Source: Amphiscolops sp. MND2022
Taxonomy: Eukaryota
Direction of reading: 5' to 3'
DNA: 64,000 bases
Assembly (NCBI GenBank): GCA_964187785.1
Contig: OZ076410.1
Span: 75,144,001 to 75,208,000 of the forward strand
Positions 10,701 to 23,429 of the stretch are shown in pieces. The position numbers and the translations under genes were made by a program. The notes under the pieces are model-generated. The model was given only the letters and a program-made list of their open reading frames with translations, was not told the DNA's origin and did not search any database. The stretch's first letter is position 1. Each line of letters begins with the position of its first letter.

Positions 10701-13700
10701 CTCTTCCGCAGTACCCGATAAACCCAAAAGGCCAGGGGACCCTTTGAGATTTTTCAACCATTGTGTCGCAAATCATCAAAAAAATTGAAGGGGGGCCCTT
10801 TCGGAATTTTTTTCGAAAAAAAGTCACAATGCCAAAAAAACTGAAAGGGGGACCCTTCAGTCTCGCCCGGTATTGTATGTTACGCGGAAAGAAGGAAAAA
10901 CCTTTTTGGTTCAGTTCCCTGGGCCAACAGGTACAATTCTGTAGTACCCTAAAATTTTGTAGAACTTTTGGTAGAACTATTTTGGTCACTTCAGGTGTGT
11001 CGAAAAAAACACTGACGAAAAGCATGACTAGAGTCGACTCTTAAGAAAAGCGCCGACTAACAAACAAGCCGGAAACGGCCCAATTCGGCGCCCCGTTCAA
11101 GGCACGAAAGTGTACCCGGGGGACGTGGCTCTAGTATCCGATACTTGTTGAATAAAGATTTTTCGAAAATCCAAAAAAGTCTTATAAAACTGAAAACCGG
11201 ACCCTAAAGCTTTAAATTAGACGCAAATTATGTGAAATTTTGGGAGGAAAATCAATAACGTTATACAGGAAATATTATATCCGAACTTTGAAAACTTTTT
11301 ACTTGGCACTTTTTACAGCTTTGGAAAATACTCCAAGAAACGTTATATCCGGTATAGGTTATATCCGGAATTCGTTATATCCGGTTTGCGTTAAATCCGG
11401 TAGCGGTTGTGTTATGTCGAAGGGGTCTCCATATCCGGTTTGCGTTATATCCGGTATGACTGAAACAAACCGGGACCGGCCCAAGTCGGCGCTATATCCA
11501 AAGCTCAAAAATAGCAAAAGGACTTCCAAGTGTCAATTTACAGTACTCGAAAATCGAAAATGGACCGAGTGGCGCGTCGGGGCCCGCTTGCGCGAGCCCC
11601 TGGCGCGCTAAAAGGGGGACACTTCCGTAATTGTCAACATTTTTGTCGCAGTTGAAGGGGGACCCTTTGGAGAAAAAAATTTTTGAAAAAAAAGTCTCAC
11701 AATGCCGAAAAACCGAAAGGGGGACCCTTTGGGGTTTTTCAACATCCATTCTGTCGCAAAACATCAAAAAATTGTAGGGGAAAATTTTTATATTCGGAAA
11801 AAAATCTCACAGTGCCGAAAAAACTGAAAGGGGGGATTTTCCAACATCCATTCTGTCGCAAAACAGCAAAAAATTGAAGGGGGGACCCTTTGGGGGAAAA
11901 TTTTTCCGAAAAAAAGTCTTGCAGTGCCGAAAAAAATTGAAAGGAGGACCCTTTGGTCTCGCCCGGTATGGTATGTTACGCGGGAAAACAGGAAAAACAT
12001 TTTTGGTTCAGTTCGCTCTAATATTTTGTAGAACTTTTAAGAACTATTTTGGTCAGTTCGTGAGGATTGAAGAAAAAAAGTCACTATAATAGTCGCGTTT
12101 CACTTCATGAAACGCCGACTAAAAACACTGCTATAGTCGTCTGTTTCTACGAAAGCGCCGACTAACATTGGTATCGATCGTTTGTTTTCTGAATTACCCT
12201 ATCGATTATCATTGCTCGTTCTTATTCAAAACACCCGAACTTAAATCCTTCCGTCGCCGAAAATTGCAAATCCTGAGACAATGTCCAAAGCAATGAAATG
12301 TAAAATTCATTCCTTTCTGTTGAAATTTTGTTTTACCAGAAATTTTGGAAACTTGATATAAATGACTCTGAAGGTGCCAATAAAATGCAGAACTCGCGTA
12401 AATTGCGAAAAAATGAAATATATTTTTTATTATTTTTGCGATAGCAGGAATAATATAGAAATTTGAATCATTCAACTTTTTTCATTTCAATTTTCGTCTG
12501 ATTCCGAGTGCTTACTGAAAAATTCAGTTAATTTAATCGGCAGTGAGTATAAGCGTGAGATTTAGATTTCACAAGCTGCCGACGACAATTCGTTTCTCGC
12601 GCGACGAAACGAGCTAGTTGTAATTATGCATCCGTACGCCGAATTCATTCAGATGAAGCGAGCGAACGTTCATAATTATGCTTCCGTACGCCGAGTTATT
12701 AAGATGAAGCGAATGAGTGTTAATTTTATTCGTATGCCGAGAGTTTCACCTGCATTCAAATACGAATGCGAAACTTAGTCTACGCTGAGTAGTTGTATTT
12801 TCTTTAGTCCGAGAAGAATGAAAGGCGGTGTAAACTGGTACAGTGATTAATTATGCGCTGTATAATGATTAAACACGAGTGTTTCCAAATATGCTTCTAT
12901 TATAGAACATGAAAGGCTAAAAGCAGAAATAAATTTGAAACAACACTAAAGCAAAATGAAACACGGGAAAAATTTTTCCTAGAATGACAAAATTCATGGT
13001 TCGGGGATCCATGTCTGTTTCTTTTTCTGTATTTGCTGCTTTTCTAAAAGCTCAAAGTATATTGTCTCGAAATTTTTTTTTGAAATTGAAAGCTTCAATT
13101 CTGCAAATTCATTAAAATGAAGTTGCAATTCGAGTAGTCGATGTGTTGGTTTTAGTTGATATCTGGTCTGTGGGCTGCATCTTCGCTGAGATGTTGACTG
13201 GCGAGACTTTGTTTCCAGCAGAAGACCACGTGGATCTACTCAACAGAATTGTGAAACTTTGTGGCAAGCCCTCGCCGGATGAAATTGCACAGTACATTTC
13301 TGACGATGTTAGTAGCTTCATCTCTCATTTTAGTCATCTTTGTTGAAAAAAACGCAAGGCTCTTACTGTGGCAAGTTTTTTCTCCAACTCACTGAAATTT
13401 CATATTTAAAGCTCGACTGCCTGGTGGTTAGAACGTTGGTCCGGTGAACAGTAAGAAGTGTGTTCAATTTTTTTAAATGAAGCTACTATGGAAATAACGT
13501 TTTCGGATATAACTTATCTACTAGAGTAATGTGATCTGGATATAACGTCAAAATTTCAGATACAGCGCTTTTTCGTTTTGTTCGCGTCATATCCAACGGA
13601 AGATTGGGTTCGAATCTAGTCAACGCCGAAGTTTTCAAATAGAAATTTCTTTTATTCTGATATAATGGATATAACCTGAAATTTTTCGGATGTAACGTAT

Positions 13701-14661
13701 GGAATGCAGATATTACGAATCCGGTTGTTAAAGATTTTTACTGACTTCGGCTATAATCCCTCTATGGTTCCCCTTCTTAGTTCTTTTAAAAGTTTGTTAG
13801 ATTTTATCCCAAATTTTTTCCATGCTCTAAACGGGTAACCCTTTGACTGCTGTGATCTTTTGCAACAATGTGGAATGAAAAGAATCCAAAGCATTCTGTT
13901 TTGACTCATTCGGCACCGTGCCACAGAAATTTCACAGAAACATACCCTCAGCTAATTTGAAAGACGGTTTTTCGAGTTTTGAGTGGGCGCCGACTTGGGA
14001 GTTCCTACTGTATTAAATAGTAACTCCCTATTGCCAGTGTTGTCACTGCATGAATTCGCAAGTCAACTTCAGTTTTTTTGGAGACGTTGATCTATCATTT
14101 TTGTCAGTGAATGTAAGCTTGAGATACATTTTGTTTGTTGAATCGATGTGTAATAGTCGTCTGTTTCAGATTCGCGAGTACCTCCTTCGAATGCCAAGCT
14201 CACAATCCAATTTCGACCAACATTTTGCACACGTACAAGACACTGCCGGTGTGTATCAATTTGCGACCAATGTACCAATTTATGAACTTTTTGAGCTACG
14301 AAAATTTCATTTTTGAATCAGTCGAGTTCAAAGTTTATTCCATAATATACTTTGTCTTGCCACAACACTTGACATTTTAATTGTGGCTTTGATTTTCACT
14401 AATGAGGGTTTTTAATAATCTTTTAATTTTCATTGTTTCTGTGTAGCGTTGGATTTGCTGAAGAGGATGTTAATTATCAACCCAGACCAGAGAATCTCCA
14501 TCGAAGACTGTCTCAGTCATCCTTACTTCGAGGTGCTTCATGACCCTGAGGACGAGCCCGTGTGTGAAGAACCCTTCGGCTGCAGTGACTTTGAGGGCAA
14601 GAACCTCACTCTAGCCCAATACAAGACTCTCATCTGGAACGAACTGCAGTCCTTCCTGTGA
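7728..14661 (+). CDS. p38: p38-family MAP kinase, 7 exons: 7728-7885, 9427-9769, 10380-10427, 10506-10620, 13156-13307, 14170-14248, 14447-14661 (1110 nt, 369 aa)
   Basis: Exons join in phase with GT-AG introns. VAIK, RELRLL, HR|DLKP, TGY activation motif (DLTGYVVTRYYRAPE), VDIWSVGCIFAEM, CD domain LHDPEDEP. Exon 6 (IREYLLRMP...DTA) is the least conserved. Confidence 0.92.
8256..8429 (+). mobile_element. 174-bp Tc1/mariner-type MITE, copy 1 (p38 intron 1)
   Basis: TA|CAGTCAACTCCG ... CGGATTCCACTG|TA: TA target duplication, CAGT/ACTG termini, internal TTAATTCGTA repeats. Confidence 0.8.
8547..8712 (-). mobile_element. Same MITE family, copy 2, inverted and slightly truncated
   Basis: TACAGTTGAATCCCCCTAATTCGTATCGCAAGGGACCGAAT is the reverse complement of the end of copy 1. 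Confidence 0.7.
8753..8926 (+). mobile_element. Same MITE family, copy 3
   Basis: TA|CAGTCAACTCCG ... CGGATCCCACTG|TA, 174 bp, aligns end-to-end with copy 1. Confidence 0.8.
10658..11060 (-). mobile_element. Helentron/DINE-1-like non-autonomous element (p38 intron 4)
   Basis: On +: ACAAGCCGGAACCGGC hairpin, AGTTGGCGCC sub-terminal repeat, GGGGGACCCTT-rich internal repeats, ending GAAAAGCGCCGACTAA. Confidence 0.6.
11062..12165 (-). mobile_element. Helentron/DINE-1-like element with a second copy (11463-12122) nested inside
   Basis: Two starts (AAACAAGCCGGAAACGGCCC at 11062; AAACAAACCGGGACCGGCCCAAGTCGGCGC at 11463) and two ends (CGCCGACTAA at ~12122 and ~12165). Confidence 0.6.
11267..11462. 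repeat. Array of CGTTATATCCGG motifs (MITE-like relic); inverse-oriented related array at ~13495-13715
   Basis: At least 6 near-copies of (C)GTTATATCCGG ending in GACTG; GGATATAAC copies in intron 5. Confidence 0.55.
12590..12745. repeat. GC hairpin followed by ~50-bp degenerate tandem repeat
   Basis: TCGTTTC-TCGCGCGAC-GAAACGA at 12590-12612; TAATTATGC(A/T)TCCGTACGCCGA units start at 12621, 12673, 12721. Confidence 0.55.
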
Positions 14662-15744
14662 GACGAAACTTCAAGAATGATCAGTAATTACCGTGTTGCT
14701 TCTGCGCCTTATGCTGCTCTGTGTAGTTTCGGGGCTCAAACGTCGTCGAATCCTCGCAGCTCATTTCCTCGATTTTATCTCTTGAAAAGCCAAACTAGAC
14801 AGGCAACTTCATTTCGCAATCTCCAAAATTGTACGAAACATGCTCTGAATTTACCGGAGGATCTTGGAGCAGCTAGTCAAAAGCTTTTCTGTGGCTTTTT
14901 ATGGTTTTTGCCACTCTCAGAGAGATTTCTTGTGGAAGTTGGAATACAAATAGTATTTATTATCTGTTGTAAACTACTGATGCGCTCTTAGGTTGCTAGC
15001 ATGCTTCGCGAAGACGCAAAAAAGCATGTTGGCTGACGTCAGTTCATTTTATGTTTCATACATTTCACAGCCCATTAACAGCCAATGTTACAAGCTATGT
15101 ATCTACACTAAGTGCTCTCAGCCGTGGCGTTAACATGGGCCTGTTTTTTGGTGCCTGTGCAATATGCAGTTTGAAATAATGATTGGGTAATTTTCAAATT
15201 AAATTGACTTGTTTTACTGATTCACATGTAAGTAACGAAGCATGTTCTCTATCAATCTCAATCGATGTATAAATTCTGTATTTTTGTCGACAAAATCATC
15301 TCAACTAGCACTGCAGTTTTATTTAATGAAATTAATTTTTCCCAACGCATTGTTTTTTAAACCATTGAAACTAGATTTGTGTTATATCTATCTTGAACAT
15401 CAAGTCATGGACAGACCAATGAGTATTTTTGGGAGGAGAAAGTGCCCTATGCAACTAAAATAGTAGATGAAAAAGACCAAAATTTTTGGTACAATATGGG
15501 TGGGTCACTAACAAGTCAAAAGATTTCATTCAATTAAATATTGCACAGCTCTTCGTTATTGATTACTTCAATCACCATTATGATGAATTCAATTTGAACC
15601 GTTTCCGAGAAAAATGCTGCTGAACAGTCGGCTATGAATGATTGTTTTTGTCGTAAGAACAACACGATTTGAAAAATCAGTGAATGCACAAGGTGTTCTC
15701 GACTATATTGAAAAAATTTGGAGCTTGAAAATCATCCCAAATAC

Positions 15745-16136
15745 TAGAGCCTGGACCAGTTAAATGATTAACGGAATAATAAGCTCTTGATCGATTGAAA
15801 ATTGTTAGCAAAGAAGTTAGTGAGACCTGAGCCCAACTGATCAACGGATGCTCGGGCTCGGTTTAAAAATTTCACGATGGTTTACAAAAACAAGAACAAA
15901 TAAAGGCTGGTTCAGTCAGAAATTCGAAAATCTTCGGTCATATTTTTGGCCCAGTTGAAAATTCTCGGAAGTTTTTTTTGTCATTTGTTTTTTTTGTAAA
16001 ATTTGATTGAATTCCAGTTCAATGATTCATCGCAATAATTTGCAAAATCTGTCTGGTAAACGATTGTGATGTCGATTAACCGATCATTTTGAACGATTAA
16101 TTGATTCAGCCAAAATTTTAACTGGTACAGGCTCTT
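15745..16136. mobile_element. hAT-type MITE (old)
   Basis: 19-bp TIR AGAGCCTGGACCAGTTAAA (15746) / TTTAACTGGTACAGGCTCT (16117-16135), 1 mismatch. Flanking 8-mers CCAAATAC / CTAAATAT match 6/8. Confidence 0.55.
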
Positions 16137-18149
16137 CTAAATATTGCTCTCTGAGAACAACCATTCACTAATGAAATCTGTCAAAACAAATTCGTTGAAT
16201 TTGAATTTTTTTCTAACTAGTTTGAGGGATCTTTGGCATTTTGCAAACAAATTCTAAACGCTTTCTAAAGCAAGTCTTTTACTGATTGACAACGTATGTC
16301 AGCTTATTTCACGGTCGAGGCTCTTGAAAAGCTTTATTCAACGTGAAAATCCCATGAACTATCTACATCGGACAGTTTTTTTTCATACGGTAGTTATTCT
16401 CAAACTTTTTCGGATTTCCTTCCCGGACATTACAAGTCTTCCGTTTGAATCAAAGGCGTTAGAACCTTAGTTACAAGTCACAGTAACATGTTTCCTAAGG
16501 TGTAATTTTAAGACACGAAGTTAACTTTTTCTCGAATAACAATCCAAAAACCCAAGAAATCTTGTGTTAAAAAATCAAAAAACATGGGAGAACTTTTTGC
16601 TCAAATATAGTCTTTTAAATTCCAGTATAGTTGTAAACTAATAAAAGGCGGGACCATCTTTTTGGCTTTTTTGTCTACCCTTTAGAGATGCCAGAGAAAC
16701 TTAGACAACCTCTGAAATTTCCGTTGAAAAATCAGTTGCTACAAAAAGCGGAACTATGAGATGTTTTTAAGAACTTACGCTAAAGTTGGTAGAAGTCGAG
16801 AAACAACCCGTTGCATTATATCAGACACTGCAATAGGTATGAATAAATTTTACAAGTTGAAAACTGCGGTATGTGATATACTTTAACCGCCAAGAAGCAA
16901 AAAACGAATTAGCCTTTTTGCATTTAGCATTTAATATCCTGGTTATATCGCTAATCTTTTTTCACTGCAAAAACGTCAAAATTTAGCATTCATTTTGAAA
17001 TTACTTTCAAAACAGTATTTTCGGAAAAGTGCAATAACACTATCGGGGCCTGATTCAACGGAAAATTACTTTTTACTACGGCCTTTTGGTGTAAAAATGA
17101 TCGTTTTCGAGAATGTGCGAACCAATATTTTGCTTCCTGGAAGCACTTTGAATTATGCGATTGGGCCATGATGCTAGAAATGGAATAATATTTTACTTAG
17201 TTCTATCGACTGAAAAACGACGACTGTACTAGTCTCTAAGAAAACTAATGATGCAAAACTTGTTCTAGCCTCTTGAGAGAAACGTTCATCTGTTTTTTTA
17301 TTCAATTGACATCAAAAAAGTAAACTATTTATGCAGTGAAATCGAAATCTATAGGAACCGAGCGCTTTTCTGACAAGACGCGTGGTAACCGACCTGAAAT
17401 GTTTCAACATATCTTTAACGCTCAAGCGGAGCCAGTGAAATATTACAAACAAAAATCCCAATTATCACAAAAAAACAGTTTATTTGAAAAATATGGATTT
17501 AAGTAAAAAACAAAAATGTACAAATTGAATACTTTTTATATAGGTGTCCGTGTAGTCTCTGTTTTCCCAGAAAAAATATTCTGTAGAAGTCTTTTCACTT
17601 TCAACAAGTGTTTCAGCTGAAATATTAACAGTATTACAAGCATAAGATTCATGTTTGAAGTATGAATAAATAGATTTCTGTTCTTACAAGAGAAACAATT
17701 GCTAAGTTTATCGAGAAGTGTCGAATCCTGAGAAAATTTGAAAGAATTTGTCGTTGGCTGTGAGTTTATAAATTACGACTAAATACTAGGCACAAGAAGC
17801 GCAACGGCATTAAGACAGATTTTGTATATTCTGCTTAAACGCCTTGAAAAAACTAGGCACCTCTCGGTCCTGATTTTACGAAAAGCATTTGATTATTTTT
17901 ACACTGAAGAATTTTCTTCAAATCGGAATACTCTGCATCAAGATTTCCGAATTGGCATCCCGGATAGCAACCTGGAAAAAAAATGCTCAACACCAGAAAA
18001 TGCCAAAATTTGAGAAAAACTTTGACGATTTCCTGGAAGAACATTGGGGTGAGCGGGCTCCGAAAACGTTTCAGCAGCTACATAATCGAACAACAAGTGG
18101 GACAATTTTTCCAACAATGAGACGCTCTCACACGTGCAAACACACTGTC

Positions 18150-18840
18150 GTTCACAATACCACATTCTACAGACTACCTGATTGCAAAGCCATCAAGAAA
18201 TTTTGGACTAAAGTTTGTAAACTCGGAGTTTTTCAGATCGCTGTGTCGACAACTCCGAGTACCAGTTTTTGATCAAACACTAACCTGTATTGTCTGCAAC
18301 ACAGACATGGACACCTTCAGCAATCACCCCCTAAGTTGTTGTTCCTCCAGTGACCGCATAGCTGCACAATGACACCAGAGATCTTGTTTTCCAAAAATCT
18401 GGTTTGTCTCCTGTCCGGGAGGCTAAGGGCCTATCGGAGTCCAGTCGTCGACGCCCTTATTCAAACTGGGCGCACGGCTCACCAGTCGCAGTAGACGTTA
18501 CCATATCCTGTCCGCAACAATCCACCGTCAATAACTCGTGCATGTTGGCTGACGAACGGAAGATCTCTGCTTCGACTGAGCCTCTCAACATAAAGGATTT
18601 GAGTTGATGCCTTTTGCCATAGAAGCAGACGGAGGATTCGGATCTAGTGCGACTTCGTTCTTGACAGTGCTGGCGCGTGACCGTGAAGAGAAAAACATCA
18701 GCTTTTCCAATGCATCAACACGGCCGTGCACAGATCGAACGCAAACGAGGAGGTTCTCTCACGATTGCAAATCAGAGAGCTCGAACCCATTAACCTGCGT
18801 TTTTGCCAACATGGGAGAAGCCACTTTCTACAACCTCTAA
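18150..18840 (+). pseudogene. Decayed C-terminus of an RLE-type (CRE-clade-like) non-LTR retrotransposon
   Basis: Across frameshifts: LRVPVF..CIVC..MD.F.NHPLSC...DRI.(R)HN..RDL (CCHC knuckle), PVREAKGL...RRP...VAVDVT, PFAIEADGGFGSSATSFL. Confidence 0.6.
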
Positions 18841-18859
18841 GTGTTTAAACGACAATATC

Positions 18860-21800
18860 AATGAGGAGGGTCCTCTTGCAAAGACACATTTCTGCTTCGT
18901 TGAGGTAGAAAGAGAACCCGTGAATAGATTATCTGTCTCAATTGCCCAACATTGATATGTTTTGGAATTGAGTTTCTGTTTTGCTCTATATATGGCAAAA
19001 CGTGAAATGAAAAGAAATATAACCTCAAAGACGTTTCAGCTCTTTTTCTTTGTAAAAGTTCATTGTGAGAAGATGAAGAACTCCGTAAGCGGTCGGAGTT
19101 GAATCTCGAAGTCTTTCTCGCAATCCTCCTATACTGCAAAACTCGGGTTCAAGTTCCAAAACAAACTAGGAAACAAGGGCATGAATTCAGTTGTCTGGGA
19201 CCAAATTTGGCTCCAAGTGTGACAGATGAAAAATCCGTGAACCTTAAAAAACCTCACTGGAGAATCTTCTCAGTAGTAGGAACCATTTAGTGACACCGAA
19301 ATTGGAGAAAAGTCCAAAATTTGGCAACTTTGGGAGTAGAAAAGCTTTTTCTAAACAAAAATACTAAAGAAAGCGAGACGAAACCTTTTTGACAAATAGA
19401 AAATGACAAAACAAAAAAAACTGAAGAAAAATGACAAAAATAAGGCAAGATCCTATGCACCATTTTGAACCCGACGGTAAATACAGAAGATAATGATAGG
19501 CACCAAACAGTTGCACGAATATAAACGAAGCTCGAATTTCGTGTTATATAAAAGTTAGTTTTAGAGAACTATCTTTTAAAGGCGAACCAAAACTCACTCG
19601 CAAGTTTCAAGTGGGCAAAACTTCGAATGCCGTATATGCATAGCGGGAACAGCGTTTGTCCCTTTGGAATCAATGGGTACTTAACGAATGGATTTCGGCA
19701 AAAAATTGGCACTCGAGAAATCAAAAAGCCTCAGCTCAACCAGAGATTTTTAAAGATTTGATTGTGATATCTCAAGAATTACTTCAAACTGAAACTTGAA
19801 GGATTCAAAAAGTTAACCTTTGGTTTGACGAAACAAATTTCAATATAAGGTGATCGGATGCGCCTCAGCGGCCATAAAAGAAAAAGAAAACAGCCTATTG
19901 CAAATTCAAAATGCTCATGGAACAACTGAGCACAGTTGATCATTTGCTCTTCTGGAGTTGCATGACTTGGCACTGAATTGGCCAGGTACGGCGATCAAAG
20001 AAAACAAGAGCAATTTTTGTTTGTGAATCTTTGAGCGTAAATTTTTGAGCAATTGCAAAATGTCAAACTATAGTTGTTGGGACTTCATCTTCACCGTTGG
20101 GAGTTCAAAAATGACTCACCTAACGTCAAAATTGCCAATTGACGTCTCGATAAACCACCCGCAGCAATCGTCACATATAATCTCTTCCAGTGCCATCAAA
20201 AAGATTTGAAAAGACAATTTATGTTGTATTGAAAAGCTCCGATAAGAAGATATGGTCTGTGAAAAAGATTTCGAGATGATGACTTTACATTTGCTGATTG
20301 CATGTCAAAACCTAATATATAACCGCTGGGAAGAAGTGAAGATGATTTGAATGCCAGGCAAAATGAGAAGTCTCAGGTTCATTTCGACTTCGAAGATTTG
20401 GACCACCTTTTTTGGAATCCTTTGGGTCGCAGAATTACAGCGAAACCAAGATTGAGGATAATGAATTGATAAAGAAGCGGAGTATGTAAAGGTGAATGTG
20501 TGGCAGACCGTGAGAACAATTGTAAACGTGTCAAAGTTGATGTTTGAATATAACCTGCTAGTTGCCATATCAGTCTCAAATGTCCAAATTGATAGTATAG
20601 CCAGCCATTCGTGAAGATTCCGCCTAATTTACAGTAACGCACTTTTCGCTTTACTTCACTTTTACCACTTCACCTTTACCAATTGAGTTTGATAACGTTT
20701 GTTACCGCTGCGAGCATCGAATAAAGATACGAATTCACCTCTGCCTGGCTTGACATATTTGTGGCAAGAATCGTAACAACCCCATTCGACGATTAGGAGC
20801 AGTGGATCCAACTCTGCGAAGTTGCAACTTTATCGAAGCGTTGCTAATTTGGAGGTTCAGCCCGACGAAACAACACAATCCTGAAACATGGCAATGATCG
20901 GAAATTTAAACGTGAGAGCAGTCCAGAAGAAAAAGTATGTTTAGGAGTACACTTCGATTGGAAGTACAGTAAGAAAAATGCTGATTGACAAATTTCCGCA
21001 TACGAGAATCCATACAACACTTTTCATCCATTGCAAGGGATAATTCAAAGCTGCTCAGATTGTTTCCGAATGTGACAAAAATGACCAGTTGATAGCCAAA
21101 CGTTTCTACCAAGGAAACAACCAGCGTAAATCCTTCCATCAGGTTTGGAATATACAAATGGGCTAGCAGCTAGAATTGATTTCGGCGACCAAATCGAAGG
21201 TTTAGTCGAAGATGTCATTATTCTGAACACGGCTAATAAACAAGTTCAAAAGAATTCAGGCAATGAGCACAAAACACTCATGCAGAAGTGTTGCAATTAG
21301 CCAACGCGTAAGAAGACAGCCTGAAACAACAAAGATCGCATGGTTACAGAAGAAGTTACAGAAGAAGAGAAAGTCATAAAGAGACAGTATTCGCAGTCAA
21401 TGGAAATAGAAAGTGGCCTGGAAACTCCACTGCTGCGCACATCAATCAGTGTGAAAGCCCCTACACAATTTGTAAATACTGCGGAACAAAGGCACAAATG
21501 GAAATCCGTTGCTACCAGAGAAAGAAAGAGCTTAAAGGGCGAGAAAGCAATGCAAGCATATGGAAATTTGCGCATTGTTGGAATAGAGACAGAAGAGTCA
21601 ACCGGGTTCAGTTAGTTGACAGTTCGAAGATGACGAGTTCGTTGAAGAAACAATTCTGCCAAAGGTAGATGGTGATCGGGACATACAGCCGAAGGGAGAA
21701 AACGATGCGAGAAAGCGCTTTGAGTGACGCAATAGATGAAGACAAGTACCAAACGGCAAACTTGAAAAATTTGCAATATATGATTGCGGAGAATAGTTTG

Positions 21801-21900
21801 GGGTGAGGCAACAGGTACTTATCGTTATGTAACTGGTTTTTATGGTCTCATGGTGATGCCGCCAGAACATTAAAAATCATGGTTTTTTCGTTAGCTGCTT
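18860..21900 (-). pseudogene. Highly decayed LINE (APE-RT) relic
   Basis: Ordered degenerate motifs on -: FVNQHFS, NYR.IS-like, QSWFR (QxGFR), AVP..SV (GVPQGSV-like), FAIG (FADD-like); many stops. Boundaries approximate. Confidence 0.4.
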
Positions 21901-22406
21901 TCAAAGAAACATTTGAAATTGGTCATGATATGATTATAATGACCAAAAGAACCAAGAGAGCGAACATTTGGCAAAGTGCGGGAAAGCCTCAGAATACGAG
22001 ATTTGGGTAATGTGCAGGGATTGGTGGAAAATTGAAATTTTGTAGTGAAGAAGAGTGAATGGCTGGGGATTTATTTTCACGTGAATTTTTACCTATGCAA
22101 TGACAAAGTGCAAGAATATCGTAACGTTTGAGACAAAATAAATTAAAAGAGTTAGGATCTTTCTCGGAGTAGTGAACCAATATATTATTCCTCAAAATTT
22201 TAAAATAGGTGGTGCGAAAATGTATGGAGGATAAAAAAAAAACGTTTGACGTTCAACCACAAAAATGTTAAACGAAGAAGTAGAAAAGTAGCAAAAGTAC
22301 TTCATTTTTGCACATGACGAAGTCAATGTGCATTGCAGTCCAGCTAAGTAAGTTTTTTTTCCACTATAGTCAACTTCATAATGAGCGCCTTTTGGATAAA
22401 AGCCAA

Positions 22407-22478
22407 AACCCCAGAGAGATTCGAACCTGCAGCCTACCGATTGCACGGCATAAGTGTTGACCACTGTGCCATAGGGAC
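22407..22478 (-). repeat. tRNA-derived SINE head or tRNA pseudogene
   Basis: Minus strand GTCCCTATGGCACAGTGGTCAACAC...GGTTCGAATC contains Pol III A and B boxes, but acceptor and anticodon stems pair poorly. Confidence 0.5.
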
Positions 22479-23429
22479 ATTATTGAATAAAGTTGAACTG
22501 TTGAATATATACGCATGCGATTAAAATAATATATATACGCATATTAAAATAATCGATGTCTTCGTCATGTGTTGCGAAGCACCGCTTCGCCTCTGTGTAA
22601 AAGGATTGTACCGCTAGAAATATTCGCGATGCAAACAAAACCACTATTGGAGCGGACGTCCAACAGTGAGAGAATAACACTTGAAATCAAATTCATGTGC
22701 AGCTAGATTTTCAACAGAATTCGAAATGATGTTTTTTTAAGAAACTAGAAACATTTCAAATGTGGTCTGCAAACATTTCAAGTTACTAGTTGACTGAGTT
22801 TGAAGCCGGTCGAAAAGGTGTCACTTTGCGAATTTGAACAGAAACACCACTTTAGCAAAAATGAACGAAACGAAAAACCACAATTGAGAAAAGTTTGAAT
22901 TCACCAAGTTTATGTCAAAGCCAACCACGAAAAAGACAGAACTTCACAGGAAAAGGTCAGCTTAGTTAAACAACGAAACGCAGACCACTGTGGAGAGAGA
23001 AGTTTACCTTTTTTGGTCTCGACAGTAATTGAGGTTTATACATGGTTGAGAGACCTTGTTATCCGAACGTAAAGATCGATTGAGTTCGCACACGCAGACT
23101 GGGACGCTGTTTGTCGAGAATAATCGCACGTGTGACGGCCCCGAATCCTTCGAGAAATGGTAGAATAAAAACGAAAAGGCGTAAACAGTGCAACCAATCG
23201 AGAATTTACAGTGCCTACAATCACAAAAGGTTTTCAGAACATTGCCACAACTGATAAATCCAAACAGAAAACTTTCATTAGATTTTGCCAGTCCGCTATA
23301 ACCCTATTTAGCATCGCGGTACGTATTTGCACCACTTAAGATCTGCTAACTTCTAAAGGCACCGGCCCACCGTATGGTGAAGAAAACTCTTGAATATTTT
23401 CAGACAAAACAACATAAAATTGCACGCAT

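Noticed and set aside
10658-12165. Regularly recurring GGGGGACCCTT units as a CRISPR-like array
   Set aside because: Units are degenerate with repetitive rather than unique spacers, there are no cas genes, and the context is a eukaryotic intron.
22407-22478. Functional tRNA gene
   Set aside because: A and B boxes are present but acceptor and anticodon stems do not pair convincingly; treated as a SINE head or pseudogene.
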